This document shows, piece by piece, positions 1-11,115 of a stretch of DNA of 32,000 bases. The notes below the pieces were generated by a model that worked only from the letters and a program-made list of their open reading frames with translations, ran no database searches and had not been told where the DNA came from. The stretch is from NCBI RefSeq assembly GCF_000012465.1, contig NC_007335.2:1470001-1502000 (forward strand). Reading direction: 5' to 3'. Source of the DNA: Prochlorococcus marinus str. NATL2A. Its GTDB lineage: Bacteria; Cyanobacteriota; Cyanobacteriia; PCC-6307; Cyanobiaceae. How positions within the stretch are numbered: the first letter of the stretch is position 1; each line of letters begins with the position of its first letter. Position numbers and translations under genes: made by a program.

Positions 1-480
1 ATAACTTGGGCAAGTGATAACCCTGATAAAAACCATCAAATTCCACTTTTGAAAAGGACTCAGCTTTTAAGGATTCTGGTAAAAAAAATCTCGCATCCTA
101 AATTAGAACTAGTTCAAGAATTGAGTAGCCCTAGGACAATTCATACTCTAAAAAAAGCTTTCCAACTATGGCCTGAAGCGAGTTTTAGTTTTGTAATTGG
201 TAGTGATTTGGCTATGCATGTTCCAAAGTGGCTTAATGCTAAGTCTATTCTCAGCAAGGTAAGAATAGCTATCGCGATGAGAGATGGATGGCCAATTAGC
301 GATGTACAGCTAGCCGAAATTAAAAAGCTTGGCGGCAAAATTGAGATATTACCTTTTACAATACCTGAATCATCAAGTTCAAAATTTAGAGAGAGACCTC
401 AAAAAGTACTTATTCCTAAGGAGCTTGTCCCATTACTGCTTGAAGAGAATCTATACGGTCTAGCAGATAACAGAAAATGA
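1..480 (+). CDS. nadD: Nicotinate-nucleotide adenylyltransferase (NadD-like), 3' part; the 5' end lies upstream of the window
   Basis: Frame 1 is open from nt 1 (ITWASDNPDK...), so the tracked Met at 49 is internal. FVIGSDL and a C-terminal SSSKFR stretch resemble the NadD family. The stop overlaps the nadE start (ATGA at 477-480). Confidence 0.6.
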   Translation: MTWASDNPDKNHQIPLLKRTQLLRILVKKISHPKLELVQELSSPRTIHTLKKAFQLWPEASFSFVIGSDLAMHVPKWLNAKSILSKVRIAIAMRDGWPISDVQLAEIKKLGGKIEILPFTIPESSSSKFRERPQKVLIPKELVPLLLEENLYGLADNRK

Positions 481-2186
481 AATTAGCTCTGGCCCAACTA
501 AATCCAGTTATTGGAGATCTCGATGGTAATTCCAAGAAAATATTTGAAATATGCGAAGAGATCAAAGACAAGGATGTGGATCTAGTAATAACACCAGAGC
601 TTTCTTTAATCGGCTACCCTCCAAAAGACTTATTATTTAATCCAAGACTTTTTGAAGAAGAAAAAGATGTCCTAAATAAATTAAGCAAAAGATTAAGTAA
701 TCTTAGTCAAAACTTATCTGTATTAATTGGTATTGCAGAACCAACTCCAGATATAGAAATTCCTAAACTCTACAATTCAGTTGTGCTTTTAGAAAAAGGT
801 ACCTGGAGAATCGTAGCCAGGAAGCAACTCCTACCTACTTACGATGTATTTGATGAAAAACGTTATTTTCGTTCCGCAGAGAATAGTAGTATTTTAAGTT
901 TTAATTTTCAAAAAAAACTTTGGAAGATAGGAATCACTATCTGTGAAGACATATGGGTTGAGCAAAATCTACAAAATGAAAAGATCCTAGGGAAAGATCC
1001 TTTAAAACTCTTAGAAAACGAAAAATTAGATTTGCTTATCAATCTTTCAGCTTCTCCATTTATTGAATCGAAAAGTTTAATACGTCAACGCATAGCAGCC
1101 AAGGCAGCCATACGTCTTTCATGCCCGGTGATCTATGTCAATCAAGTAGGAGGGAATGATGAATTGATCTTTGACGGATCTAGTTTTGCGCTTAATAAAG
1201 AAGGCGAGTTAAAACAAGAACTTCCTAGTTTTAAAGAGTCAGTTGGTCTTTGTGATATATCTTCCCTCAAGCAACAAGCTTCGATATTAAGTAAATATCC
1301 AACATCACAAGAAGTCATTTTCAGGGCTCTAGTGCTTGGAGTTAAAGATTATGCAAGAAAATGTAATTTCCACAGTGCCGTTATCGGATTAAGTGGGGGT
1401 ATTGACTCAGCCCTAGTAGCAACTATTGCAGTAGCAGCTTTAGGTATCTCTAAAGTTCATGCGATTTTAATGCCTTCTCCATGGAGTTCAGCGGGGTCCG
1501 TAAAAGATGCAACCACATTAGCTAATCGACTGGGAATAAATCATCAAAAGATTCCGATCTCAGATGTAATGAATAGTTTTAACGATATTTTATCCAATTC
1601 AATATGGGGAATGCCAACCGGTATCACAGCTGAGAATCTACAATCTCGCATTAGGGGAACAATATTGATGGCCATAGCAAATCAAAAAAAACATTTACTT
1701 CTATCAACAGGAAACAAGTCAGAACTTGCCGTAGGATATTGCACACTTTACGGAGACATGAATGGGGGCTTGTCTGTAATTGGAGATCTTTATAAGACAA
1801 GTGTATTTGATCTATGTGATTGGATAGATAGTGAATCGTCATCAAGTTGTAGAAATGATTTTTCTCTCCCTGAAAAAGGAGAAATTATAAGCTCTGAGAT
1901 AAGAGACAAGCCTCCAAGCGCTGAATTACGGCCAGAACAATTAGATAGCGACTCTTTGCCTGAGTATTCCATTCTTGATCAAATACTAAAAGGATTAATT
2001 GAACAGCACTTACCAACTGAGGTGTTAATAGAAAAAGGATTTGATAAAAAAATTGTTCATAAAGTAGCCAACCTTTTAAAGAACGCTGAATTCAAACGTT
2101 ATCAAGCACCTCCTTTATTGAAAATTAGTAATCAAGCATTTGGAAGTGGGTGGAAAAAACCTATAGCCTCAGGACAAATCCTTTAA
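477..2186 (+). CDS. nadE: Glutamine-dependent NAD+ synthetase (N-terminal C-N hydrolase domain plus C-terminal NAD synthetase domain)
   Basis: 569 aa. Nitrilase-type Glu/Lys/Cys context (ITPELSL, CEDIW) followed by the ATP-pyrophosphatase motif GLSGGIDSAL. Confidence 0.9.
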   Translation: MKLALAQLNPVIGDLDGNSKKIFEICEEIKDKDVDLVITPELSLIGYPPKDLLFNPRLFEEEKDVLNKLSKRLSNLSQNLSVLIGIAEPTPDIEIPKLYNSVVLLEKGTWRIVARKQLLPTYDVFDEKRYFRSAENSSILSFNFQKKLWKIGITICEDIWVEQNLQNEKILGKDPLKLLENEKLDLLINLSASPFIESKSLIRQRIAAKAAIRLSCPVIYVNQVGGNDELIFDGSSFALNKEGELKQELPSFKESVGLCDISSLKQQASILSKYPTSQEVIFRALVLGVKDYARKCNFHSAVIGLSGGIDSALVATIAVAALGISKVHAILMPSPWSSAGSVKDATTLANRLGINHQKIPISDVMNSFNDILSNSIWGMPTGITAENLQSRIRGTILMAIANQKKHLLLSTGNKSELAVGYCTLYGDMNGGLSVIGDLYKTSVFDLCDWIDSESSSSCRNDFSLPEKGEIISSEIRDKPPSAELRPEQLDSDSLPEYSILDQILKGLIEQHLPTEVLIEKGFDKKIVHKVANLLKNAEFKRYQAPPLLKISNQAFGSGWKKPIASGQIL

Positions 2187-2193
2187 TTAACTT

Positions 2194-3306
2194 CTATTCG
2201 TCATTCAATTGCTTTAAACAATCAATTGGTCTTCGCAGAGACTTAACATTAATCGCATGACGTAAAGCTGTTATTAATCCTGCAGCCTCTATATAATTCT
2301 CAGCATACAAAATATTCTTATCTCTATTACCACTTAAGCTATCCAGCCTCATCTTTGTAGAGCTAACATTTAATACTCCTTGATTGGAAACTATTATCAA
2401 AGGAATAAATCTTTCGATACAAGACAAGACGGCCTCGCCACCTAATGCCCCCTGTGGCACAACAACAGCTCCTAAATCTCTATTACTTAAAAAAGTGTTG
2501 ACCTGGAACAAAGTATTTTCTTTAACTTTCATTTCTGACTTATAAATTAGATCAGGTGCACGACTAAGACCAACTAAAACACTTTGCAGAAATGTATATC
2601 CTATTTCCTCTCCAGAGGTTCGAGGATCTAGATCATAATCAATTGGCAAGGGTGCTAAGCCAGGTGCGTGTGCACATGGAATCAATAAATGTTTTACAAG
2701 GAAATGACTTATTACAGCTTCGACCCCCGCAATAATATCTACGCCATGACCTTGTCGATAAAGCTTAGTTTCTAATTCATCACTTTCATCAGGAAAGCGA
2801 GTTACCACAGCAATTGCTGTTGCGCCAGCTTGCTTAAGTTTTTCAGCAGCTCTTAAAAGAACATCTGGTTCTTCAATATTTCCCCAACTTGAGCCACTCA
2901 TACCTTTTTTTAGATTAATTTGTATGGCTTTTTCAGTAGTCATTACAGGGCCAATATCTAGACCCAAACTTGCGACACAGCCATCGGCAACTTGTAAATG
3001 TCTTTTCTTTAAATCAGACTCTAATCCAGCATCTAATAGTAAACCAACTTTTTGTTGTCTTACTGGTTTTAAAAACACTTCTCCAGAGGCGAAAAGATTT
3101 AAACTATATCCTTCTACATATTGGATACAATTATCTGGCCAATATAAAGACCCACCATTCATAACATTAGGATGAGTTATTAAACATCCACTCGCAGAAG
3201 CTAAGAGTCTTGCTGCAGGGATTGCATCCCCTGCGTATCCACCAACATTGCACCCTATGCCAGTAGGAATAATCAATAATGTTGGCAAAGGTTCAGCATT
3301 AGTCAT
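2194..3306 (-). CDS. Conserved cyanobacterial/plastid-lineage protein of unknown function (DUF3326-like)
   Basis: 370-aa ORF with coding-like composition. N-terminal IIPTGIGCNVGGYAGDA motif, which I recall from DUF3326 proteins. 7 nt downstream of the preceding minus-strand ORF. Confidence 0.6.
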   Translation of the reverse strand: MTNAEPLPTLLIIPTGIGCNVGGYAGDAIPAARLLASASGCLITHPNVMNGGSLYWPDNCIQYVEGYSLNLFASGEVFLKPVRQQKVGLLLDAGLESDLKKRHLQVADGCVASLGLDIGPVMTTEKAIQINLKKGMSGSSWGNIEEPDVLLRAAEKLKQAGATAIAVVTRFPDESDELETKLYRQGHGVDIIAGVEAVISHFLVKHLLIPCAHAPGLAPLPIDYDLDPRTSGEEIGYTFLQSVLVGLSRAPDLIYKSEMKVKENTLFQVNTFLSNRDLGAVVVPQGALGGEAVLSCIERFIPLIIVSNQGVLNVSSTKMRLDSLSGNRDKNILYAENYIEAAGLITALRHAINVKSLRRPIDCLKQLNDE

Positions 3307-3313
3307 AAAGAAA

Positions 3314-3541
3314 TCAATTCAATTCAGGATTAATACCTTTACACTTATCTTGATTGATCATCAACACAACTTCGACCGATATTATCTGGACGTTTTTTTC
3401 AGGATGATTAGTCACGGAAGTAATGGCCCACCTAAGTGGTTCACCATATTCCAATAGCTTAGATAAAATATAATTTTTCAAGTCAAATACACTTAATTCA
3501 AAAGGCCAATCAAGGTCTATTTCTATAAATTCAAGATTCAC
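3314..3541 (-). CDS. Small hypothetical protein (75 aa), GTG start
   Basis: ORF between ATP synthase gamma and the DUF3326-like gene, on the same strand and tightly spaced. No family recognised. The only start candidate at the 5' end is GTG. Confidence 0.4.
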   Translation of the reverse strand: MNLEFIEIDLDWPFELSVFDLKNYILSKLLEYGEPLRWAITSVTNHPEKNVQIISVEVVLMINQDKCKGINPELN

Positions 3542-3594
3542 TTTATTAATGACTTATACTTCTAGAATTCGTGAAGGCAGAGATAAGTAAGAAA

Positions 3595-4545
3595 CTATGC
3601 TGAAGCTCCACCGACAACTTCTAATATTTCTTGCGTAATTGCTGCTTGTCGAGCCTTATTATAATCAATAGTAAGATTTTTAGCCAATTCCTTAGCATTA
3701 TCACTAGCATTATTCATCGCAGTCATTCTACTCGCCAATTCTGAAGCAGCGGACTCCTGTAATGCACGTAATAATTGATTCTGTAAATAAAGAGGTAAAA
3801 GAGCATTCAAAAGCTGATCGGGACTTTGTTCAAACACAATATCCGATGGTAGTTTCGGCTCTTCATTAGAAGGAGCAGCATCTTTCTCAATAATTAATTG
3901 GCTATCTTTTGTAGTTAATCTAAAAATTTCGTCTTCTGAATCTGCTATTCCTTGAGGATCTAAAGGTAATAGAGTTTGTATTGTTGGATTACAACTAACC
4001 AAACTTACAAACTTAGTAAAAATGACCTCTACTCGATCAGTACTTTCAGAGAGAAATTCTGCTAATACTTCACTAGTTATAGAGGCAGCATCCTCAGAAG
4101 TTGGGACTTGTTCTAATTCTTTAAAAGTAGCCCTAATCTTGTAAAGACTAGATCTATTTTCGAAATATCCTATTGCTTTTTTACCAATTAGAACTAAATC
4201 GGGGCTATATCCTTGACCTTTCAATTCGGCATATCGCTTCTCTGTTCGTTTGATTATGTTCGCATTATATCCCCCACATAATCCTCTATCTCCAGTGACA
4301 GCTAAGAGAGTAATTGTCTTAACTTCACGCTTGTTTAAAAGAGGAGAGTCAGCGGCTTCAAACTGCATTCTTGATTGAATATTTTCTAAAACCCTTGCCA
4401 ATCGATCAGCAAAAGGTCTGCTCCTTAAGACCTGATCCTGTGCTCTGCGAACTTTCGCAGCAGCAACAAGTCTCATTGCTTCTGTGATTTTCCTAGTATT
4501 TTTGACAGAGACAATTCTGTCTCTTATGTCCTTTAGGTTAGCCAT
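3595..4545 (-). CDS. atpG: F0F1 ATP synthase gamma subunit (cyanobacterial name atpC)
   Basis: 316 aa. N-terminus [26 protein letters not shown] and C-terminus ITQEI.E.V.GA are the classic gamma signature. Last gene of the atp operon. Confidence 0.95.
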   Translation of the reverse strand: MANLKDIRDRIVSVKNTRKITEAMRLVAAAKVRRAQDQVLRSRPFADRLARVLENIQSRMQFEAADSPLLNKREVKTITLLAVTGDRGLCGGYNANIIKRTEKRYAELKGQGYSPDLVLIGKKAIGYFENRSSLYKIRATFKELEQVPTSEDAASITSEVLAEFLSESTDRVEVIFTKFVSLVSCNPTIQTLLPLDPQGIADSEDEIFRLTTKDSQLIIEKDAAPSNEEPKLPSDIVFEQSPDQLLNALLPLYLQNQLLRALQESAASELASRMTAMNNASDNAKELAKNLTIDYNKARQAAITQEILEVVGGASA

Positions 4546-4577
4546 AGGTAATTTTCTCTCTTAGATAGCCTTTGTGT

Positions 4578-6101
<1,524 letters not shown>

Positions 6102-6109
6102 TTAAAGTT

Positions 6110-6154
6110 GGGGAAGAAGTAAAAGAGGAAGAAGGGGAGAAAGTCAGGAGAGAA
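6110..6154 (-). other. 45-nt polypyrimidine (CU-rich) tract in the delta-alpha intercistronic mRNA
   Basis: 42 of 45 nt are purines on the + strand, so pyrimidines on the coding (minus) strand. The tract runs from 1 nt after the delta stop to 18 nt before the atpA ATG. Confidence 0.8.
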
Positions 6155-6703
6155 TTAGCTGACTTTGGCCAAAGCAAGACCAAGTCTTCTGACTTGCCCT
6201 GCGATGCTGGCATCAATGACCTTTGATCCAACATTGACCACAAAGCCACCAAGTAATTCGGAGTCGACTTTGAGATCGATTTCCAAATTATCTGTACCAG
6301 CTATAGATTGTACTTTCTTGAGTAGCTCAGATTGTTGATCTTCATTTAGCGCTGAAGCAGAAGTAATAGTTGCTAGAGCAATATTTCTTTGTTCTCGATA
6401 GATTTCTAATAATCTTTCAAGAACAGAATTCAACAATCCGATTCTTTGTCGATCTGCCAAAAGTTTTAAAAGATTTAAGAAAGATGGAGTGACTTGACTA
6501 GAGAAAAGCTTTTCTAAAGCGGCTTTCTTTTGATTAACCTCTAAAACTGGTGATGACATCGCATCACTAAATTCAGGACAAGAATTCCAAAGTTCTAAAA
6601 TAGACTTAGCTTGAGTAACTACTTCATCCACCTCGTTGCGGCTCTCTGCTACTTGAAGGAACGCTTCAGCATATGGAGTAGTGACTGTATTAAGTAGTGG
6701 CAT
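6155..6703 (-). CDS. atpH: F0F1 ATP synthase delta subunit (OSCP; cyanobacterial name atpD)
   Basis: 182 aa, sitting between b and alpha. C-terminal LGG..V.VG..V.D.S delta-like motif. Its start overlaps the stop of subunit b (TAATG). Confidence 0.9.
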   Translation of the reverse strand: MPLLNTVTTPYAEAFLQVAESRNEVDEVVTQAKSILELWNSCPEFSDAMSSPVLEVNQKKAALEKLFSSQVTPSFLNLLKLLADRQRIGLLNSVLERLLEIYREQRNIALATITSASALNEDQQSELLKKVQSIAGTDNLEIDLKVDSELLGGFVVNVGSKVIDASIAGQVRRLGLALAKVS

Positions 6704-7215
6704 TAGTTGTCTCCAATATTTTTAATTGACTGTTTAAGAAAATTATCTTGAGTATTTGAATCTAACTTTTTCGGAAGCATTGCTAATGCTTTTTCAATAG
6801 CAAGTTCTGCAGCCTCTTTTCTTAATTGGGAAGTTACCCTTGCAGCTTCAGCACTTAAGTCAGAAGCAGCTCCTTGTTTAATTCTTGCCATTTCTTCAAC
6901 AGTTCTTTTTTCACTCTCAAGACGAATTGCTTCTGCTCTAACTTTGCAATCATTTCTGATTTTGTCAGCTTTTTGCTTAGCTGATGAAAGATCATCTTTT
7001 GCTTGTGAAAGAGAATCTTGTGCTTGTGCTAAACGCTCTTCTGCTTCTTTCAAGTCAGAAAGAATTGTAGTTCTTCTCTTTTCAAGGATTTTCCCTAAAA
7101 AGCCTGGTAAGAACTTGTAGAGGCCAAAGACAACAACGGCTAAGTTGATAATGTTGGTCTCAAAAATATTTAAATTAAGGCCAAAGCCTTCGGAAGCGAA
7201 AATTAAAGGAGTCAT
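6703..7215 (-). CDS. atpF: F0F1 ATP synthase subunit b
   Basis: 170 aa. One N-terminal TM helix, then a long charged Ala/Glu/Lys/Arg coiled-coil. Operon position fits. Overlaps b' by 4 nt. Confidence 0.9.
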   Translation of the reverse strand: MTPLIFASEGFGLNLNIFETNIINLAVVVFGLYKFLPGFLGKILEKRRTTILSDLKEAEERLAQAQDSLSQAKDDLSSAKQKADKIRNDCKVRAEAIRLESEKRTVEEMARIKQGAASDLSAEAARVTSQLRKEAAELAIEKALAMLPKKLDSNTQDNFLKQSIKNIGDN

Positions 7216-7673
7216 TTTTTTGCCAAGAGTCTTTCAATAATCAAATCACCAAGATTGTCAGCCTCGTTTTTGAGTTGATTAAGAGCTTCATCTCTTTGTG
7301 AATCAATCTCACGCCTAGCTTTCTCTCTCGATGCATTTGCCTCTGAAGTCGCAAGAGCAAGTGCCTCTTTGTAAAGATTCTCAGAATCCTGCTCTGCCTC
7401 AAGAATCACCTTCTGTGCTTCAAGACGAGCCTCCTTGAGCTGATCTTTGAGTTCAGTCTCAAGGAGTTCAACCTCAGCGATTTTTTTCTTTGCTTCTGCC
7501 CTACTTGTATTTACATAATCCTCTCTTTCTTCAACTACCCGTCCAACAGGTTTGAAGAAAAGAGCATTGAGTATGAAAGTAAGCAATACAACCTGAACCG
7601 CCATAAGCGGAAGAGTTGCATCGAAATCAAACAGACCTCCCTCAGAGGCACCAAACAAAAACAAAGTTGGCAT
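7212..7673 (-). CDS. atpF2: F0F1 ATP synthase subunit b' (cyanobacterial name atpG)
   Basis: 153 aa. [13 protein letters not shown]-terminal motif typical of cyanobacterial/plastid b', with a TM helix and coiled-coil. Confidence 0.9.
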   Translation of the reverse strand: MPTLFLFGASEGGLFDFDATLPLMAVQVVLLTFILNALFFKPVGRVVEEREDYVNTSRAEAKKKIAEVELLETELKDQLKEARLEAQKVILEAEQDSENLYKEALALATSEANASREKARREIDSQRDEALNQLKNEADNLGDLIIERLLAKK

Positions 7674-7746
7674 TAGCTAGGGGTGCAAGAATTTAAACGA
7701 GCCAGATAAAGGCAATTGAAATTTGCTAAAGAATTTTCAAATATTG

Positions 7747-7795
7747 GGGCTGAAAGTTAATCAAATTGATTGAGTTATACAATCAGCCCTTTTTT
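7747..7795. other. Stem-loop just downstream of the c-subunit gene: 7-bp GC-rich stem flanked by an A6/T6 run
   Basis: GGGCTGA (7747-7753) pairs with TCAGCCC (7783-7789), leaving a 29-nt loop that contains an AATCAA-A-TTGATT inner palindrome. T6 at 7790-7795 on the + strand corresponds to A6 preceding the stem on the minus-strand transcript. Confidence 0.45.
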
Positions 7796-7802
7796 GAAAT
7801 AT

Positions 7803-8084
<282 letters not shown>

Positions 8085-8124
8085 TTATAAAGATGTGACC
8101 GGGAGTTTATACCTGCGAGGGGTG

Positions 8125-8145
8125 CATCTCATAGTTCTTGAGATG
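8125..8145 (-). other. 7-bp hairpin in the a-to-c intercistronic spacer
   Basis: CATCTCA (8125-8131), a 7-nt loop, then TGAGATG (8139-8145). Confidence 0.4.
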
Positions 8146-8219
8146 ATACTGAAAGAATTTCAGGCCTAAAAGCAGGAAATTTGCCATTAAAAAGTTAATT
8201 CAATAGCAAAAAGTTATGA

Positions 8220-8945
8220 TTAATGATGCTCTTCAACTGCTTCCCCGATGTAGTAAGCAGCAAGAGTTGCAAAAATCAGAGCTTGAATAGCACTAGTAAA
8301 CAAGCCTAAAAACATAACTGGAACTGGAAGAACAAGAGGTACTAGAAAAACGAGCACCGCTACAACAAGTTCATCAGCCAAAATGTTTCCAAATAAACGG
8401 AAAGAGAGAGAGAGAGGCTTTGTAAAATCTTCTACAATTTTGAATGGGAGCATAATTGGCGTTGGGTGAACGTAATACTCGAAGTAACGCAAACCTTTAT
8501 TGCTCAAACCCGCATAGAAATATGAAAGAGATACCAGTAGTGCTAATGCAACAGTTGTATTTATGTCAGCTGTAGGTGCCCCAAGCTCACCACTTGGGAG
8601 TTTGATCAGCTTCCATGGAACTAATGCACCGCCCCAATTGCTCACAAAAATGAACAGAAAGAGGGTTCCGATGAAAGGCATCCAATCTCTATAAACCTTT
8701 TCACCAATTTGTGTTCTTGCAAGATCACGTATGTAATCCCAAAGAAATTCCAAAAGGTTCTGGACACCCCTTGGATCACGTTCCATTTTTTTAGTCCCAA
8801 TGACTACTAAGGCAAGCAAAGCGCCTATAAGAAGCCATGAAGTCATAAAGACTTGGCCGTGAATTCTAAAATTTCCAATTTGCCAATAAAGTTGTTGACC
8901 AACTTCTAATTCAGCGAAAGGAAAAACAAATGGCAAAAAACCCAT
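8220..8945 (-). CDS. atpB: F0F1 ATP synthase a subunit (cyanobacterial name atpI)
   Basis: Conserved a-subunit sequence ([13 protein letters not shown]). I prefer the ATG at 8945 ([17 protein letters not shown]...). The tracked ORF runs to a TTG at 8987, which adds 14 non-conserved-looking residues. Confidence 0.92.
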   Translation of the reverse strand: MGFLPFVFPFAELEVGQQLYWQIGNFRIHGQVFMTSWLLIGALLALVVIGTKKMERDPRGVQNLLEFLWDYIRDLARTQIGEKVYRDWMPFIGTLFLFIFVSNWGGALVPWKLIKLPSGELGAPTADINTTVALALLVSLSYFYAGLSNKGLRYFEYYVHPTPIMLPFKIVEDFTKPLSLSFRLFGNILADELVVAVLVFLVPLVLPVPVMFLGLFTSAIQALIFATLAAYYIGEAVEEHH

Positions 8946-9020
8946 TATCTGGAAGTTTAGGTTGCGTAGAAAATAAAAGCCAAACAAACAAAACTTAAAA
9001 ATTTGATTTCTAAATAAGCC

Positions 9021-9440
9021 CTATGGCATAGATAGAAACTGAATAATTAACGCTGGTTTATAAAGCAAAAATCCTAATAGAGCCGGAATCAAATCAAGCT
9101 GAGGAAATCTAGAAGACACCAAAACCAAAAGGACCGGAACTAACAACTGGACTTTACCGACGATTTTTGATGAAGTACCCAACCTTCCAATTCCGCGAGC
9201 AAGCAAGCGAAAATAAAAAATTCCTGATAAAGCACCAATAAATAGGCTTGCGCCAGCTTGGATTCCCCAAAAGAACCCTGCTATGCCAACAGAAAAAATA
9301 GTCAATAAAAATGCCAGACGGAACACTCGAAATTGAAGTTCAAGATATTCGTCTGATTTGACTCCGGACGATGAGTCCGATGAATCAATGTCCAGAAGAG
9401 GATCATGACTTGAGCAATTTTCAACAATCTCAGATGCCAC
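9021..9440 (-). CDS. atpI: ATP synthase protein I (atp1), small membrane protein leading the operon
   Basis: 139 aa with hydrophobic helices, first gene of the atp cluster. GTG start preceded by AAGAGGAA 6 nt upstream. An in-frame TGA 7 codons upstream excludes a longer form. Confidence 0.75.
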   Translation of the reverse strand: MASEIVENCSSHDPLLDIDSSDSSSGVKSDEYLELQFRVFRLAFLLTIFSVGIAGFFWGIQAGASLFIGALSGIFYFRLLARGIGRLGTSSKIVGKVQLLVPVLLVLVSSRFPQLDLIPALLGFLLYKPALIIQFLSMP

Positions 9441-9863
9441 AAAAATTCCTCTTATATGAGTTCATCAGTGATAGTGAGAAGTTGATTGCAATCAAGACAC
9501 CTATGCTCTCTGCAAAGGCCCGCGAAATCTATCACGAGACTTGCATCTAAACAAAAAAAATTTATCAATAAATTGAAAAGTTGGTTAATTTTATGACTTG
9601 AGCAAGAATTTGAAGCACAATTTTAGTTTTTCAATCTAAATCAATAAATAATCTGTTTACATTTCTAATCCTGATGATATGTAATTTAATAATTAAAAAT
9701 TCATCTATTATTTTATTTTGTCTCTAAAAACTAACAATTAAATTTGAAATAATAAAAATCTTCTTGAATTTTCTGAAATTCGATAAAAAATTACACCAAC
9801 TACATTTAAAGACTTGGCAAGATGGCAATTAAGCGGCTCAATGGTTTATAAGCAAAAGATCCT

Positions 9864-11096
9864 TTGAGTAATATTTCTAATAAGAAAATTCATTCAAAAA
9901 CCAGAAGGAAAAATACTTTTGAATCAAAAGATTATCTGGATAATTTATTAAGCAACAAAATACTTCCATTGCCCTGGTCTTTTTGGCCAAAGGAGGGGCG
10001 CTTGATCATGGGATTAATCGCCTTTTGGAGCATATCAGGAATCTTTATCCTCGGATCAGCTAGTTGGTGGGTAGCAACTAGAGAAATGGGTGAAGGTGCT
10101 TATTACATAAAAAGACAACTAATTTGGCTGGTCGCAAGTTGGAGCATTTTCTACCTAGCTATAAATATCAATCTAAAAAATTGGCTTAAACTATCAGGAC
10201 CGTGCCTTTTTATAGGTATGGTTCTAATTGCATCAACAAGCTTTTTCGGTAGCACCGTTAATGGTTCTACTCGATGGTTGATTATCGGCCCAGTCCAAAT
10301 TCAACCATCTGAGTTAATAAAACCTTTCATCATTCTCCAAAGTGCAAAGCTTTTTGGTCAATGGGAAAGAATAAATTCAGAAAAAAAAATTTTTTGGTTA
10401 ACTATCTTTGCCTCTATTCTTGTATTAATCATAAAGCAGCCAAATTTAAGCACAGCTGCATTAATAGGGATATTACTTTGGATGATTGCATTAGCATCCG
10501 GTATTAAATTCCGAAATCTTTTTAACACCGCTATATCTGGTTTTTTTATTGGTGCAACAAGCATTTTTTTTAATACCTATCAACAAAACCGCGTCATGTC
10601 ATTTATCGACCCTTGGAAAGATCCACAAGGAAGTGGATATCAATTAATTCAGAGTCTTTATGCTATTGGTTCAGGTGGTCTATTAGGAGAAGGTTATGGT
10701 CTTTCTATGCAAAAATTACAATACTTACCCTACAGGAGTACTGATTTTATTTTTGCTGTTTTTGCTGAAGAATTTGGATTCTTTGGATCAGTTTTACTTT
10801 TATCATTTCTGCTTGTAGTTGCATACTTAACCCTGAAAATATCTCTTAATTGTAGAAACAATTATTCTAAACTAATCTCTATTGGTTCAGGTACTATTCT
10901 TGTTGGCCAATCAATTATGCATATAGCAGTTTCATCAGGAGCAATGCCTACCACGGGCCTTCCATTCCCTATGGTTAGCTATGGGGGAAACTCATTAATT
11001 TCAAGCTTACTAATAGCTGCCCTATTGGTCAGATCCTCTATTGAATCTTCAGAATTATTAATTAAAAATCCCTCAAATAGACTTTTAGCTAGATAA
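9864..11096 (+). CDS. ftsW: FtsW/RodA/SpoVE-family peptidoglycan glycosyltransferase (cell division)
   Basis: 410 aa, polytopic. SEDS motifs (PSELIKP, IGSGGLLGEGYG, YLPYRSTDFIFAVFAEEFG). TTG start in the ORF track. Confidence 0.9.
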   Translation: MSNISNKKIHSKTRRKNTFESKDYLDNLLSNKILPLPWSFWPKEGRLIMGLIAFWSISGIFILGSASWWVATREMGEGAYYIKRQLIWLVASWSIFYLAININLKNWLKLSGPCLFIGMVLIASTSFFGSTVNGSTRWLIIGPVQIQPSELIKPFIILQSAKLFGQWERINSEKKIFWLTIFASILVLIIKQPNLSTAALIGILLWMIALASGIKFRNLFNTAISGFFIGATSIFFNTYQQNRVMSFIDPWKDPQGSGYQLIQSLYAIGSGGLLGEGYGLSMQKLQYLPYRSTDFIFAVFAEEFGFFGSVLLLSFLLVVAYLTLKISLNCRNNYSKLISIGSGTILVGQSIMHIAVSSGAMPTTGLPFPMVSYGGNSLISSLLIAALLVRSSIESSELLIKNPSNRLLAR

Positions 11097-11115
11097 TCTG
11101 GAAAAAGAATTTAGA

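Noticed and set aside
2924-3457. Three + strand ORFs (2924-3175, 2970-3164, 3248-3457)
   Set aside because: They are antisense to or overlap the DUF3326-like gene and the 75-aa ORF. They are short, mutually overlapping, and have no motifs.
9655-9690. GTTTACATTT half-site resembling the RpaB HLR1 repeat, with an inverted ATGTAA 17-18 nt away
   Set aside because: HLR1 needs two direct (G/T)TTACA(T/A)(T/A) repeats 2 nt apart. Only one repeat is present, and the inverted hexamer is not the known architecture.
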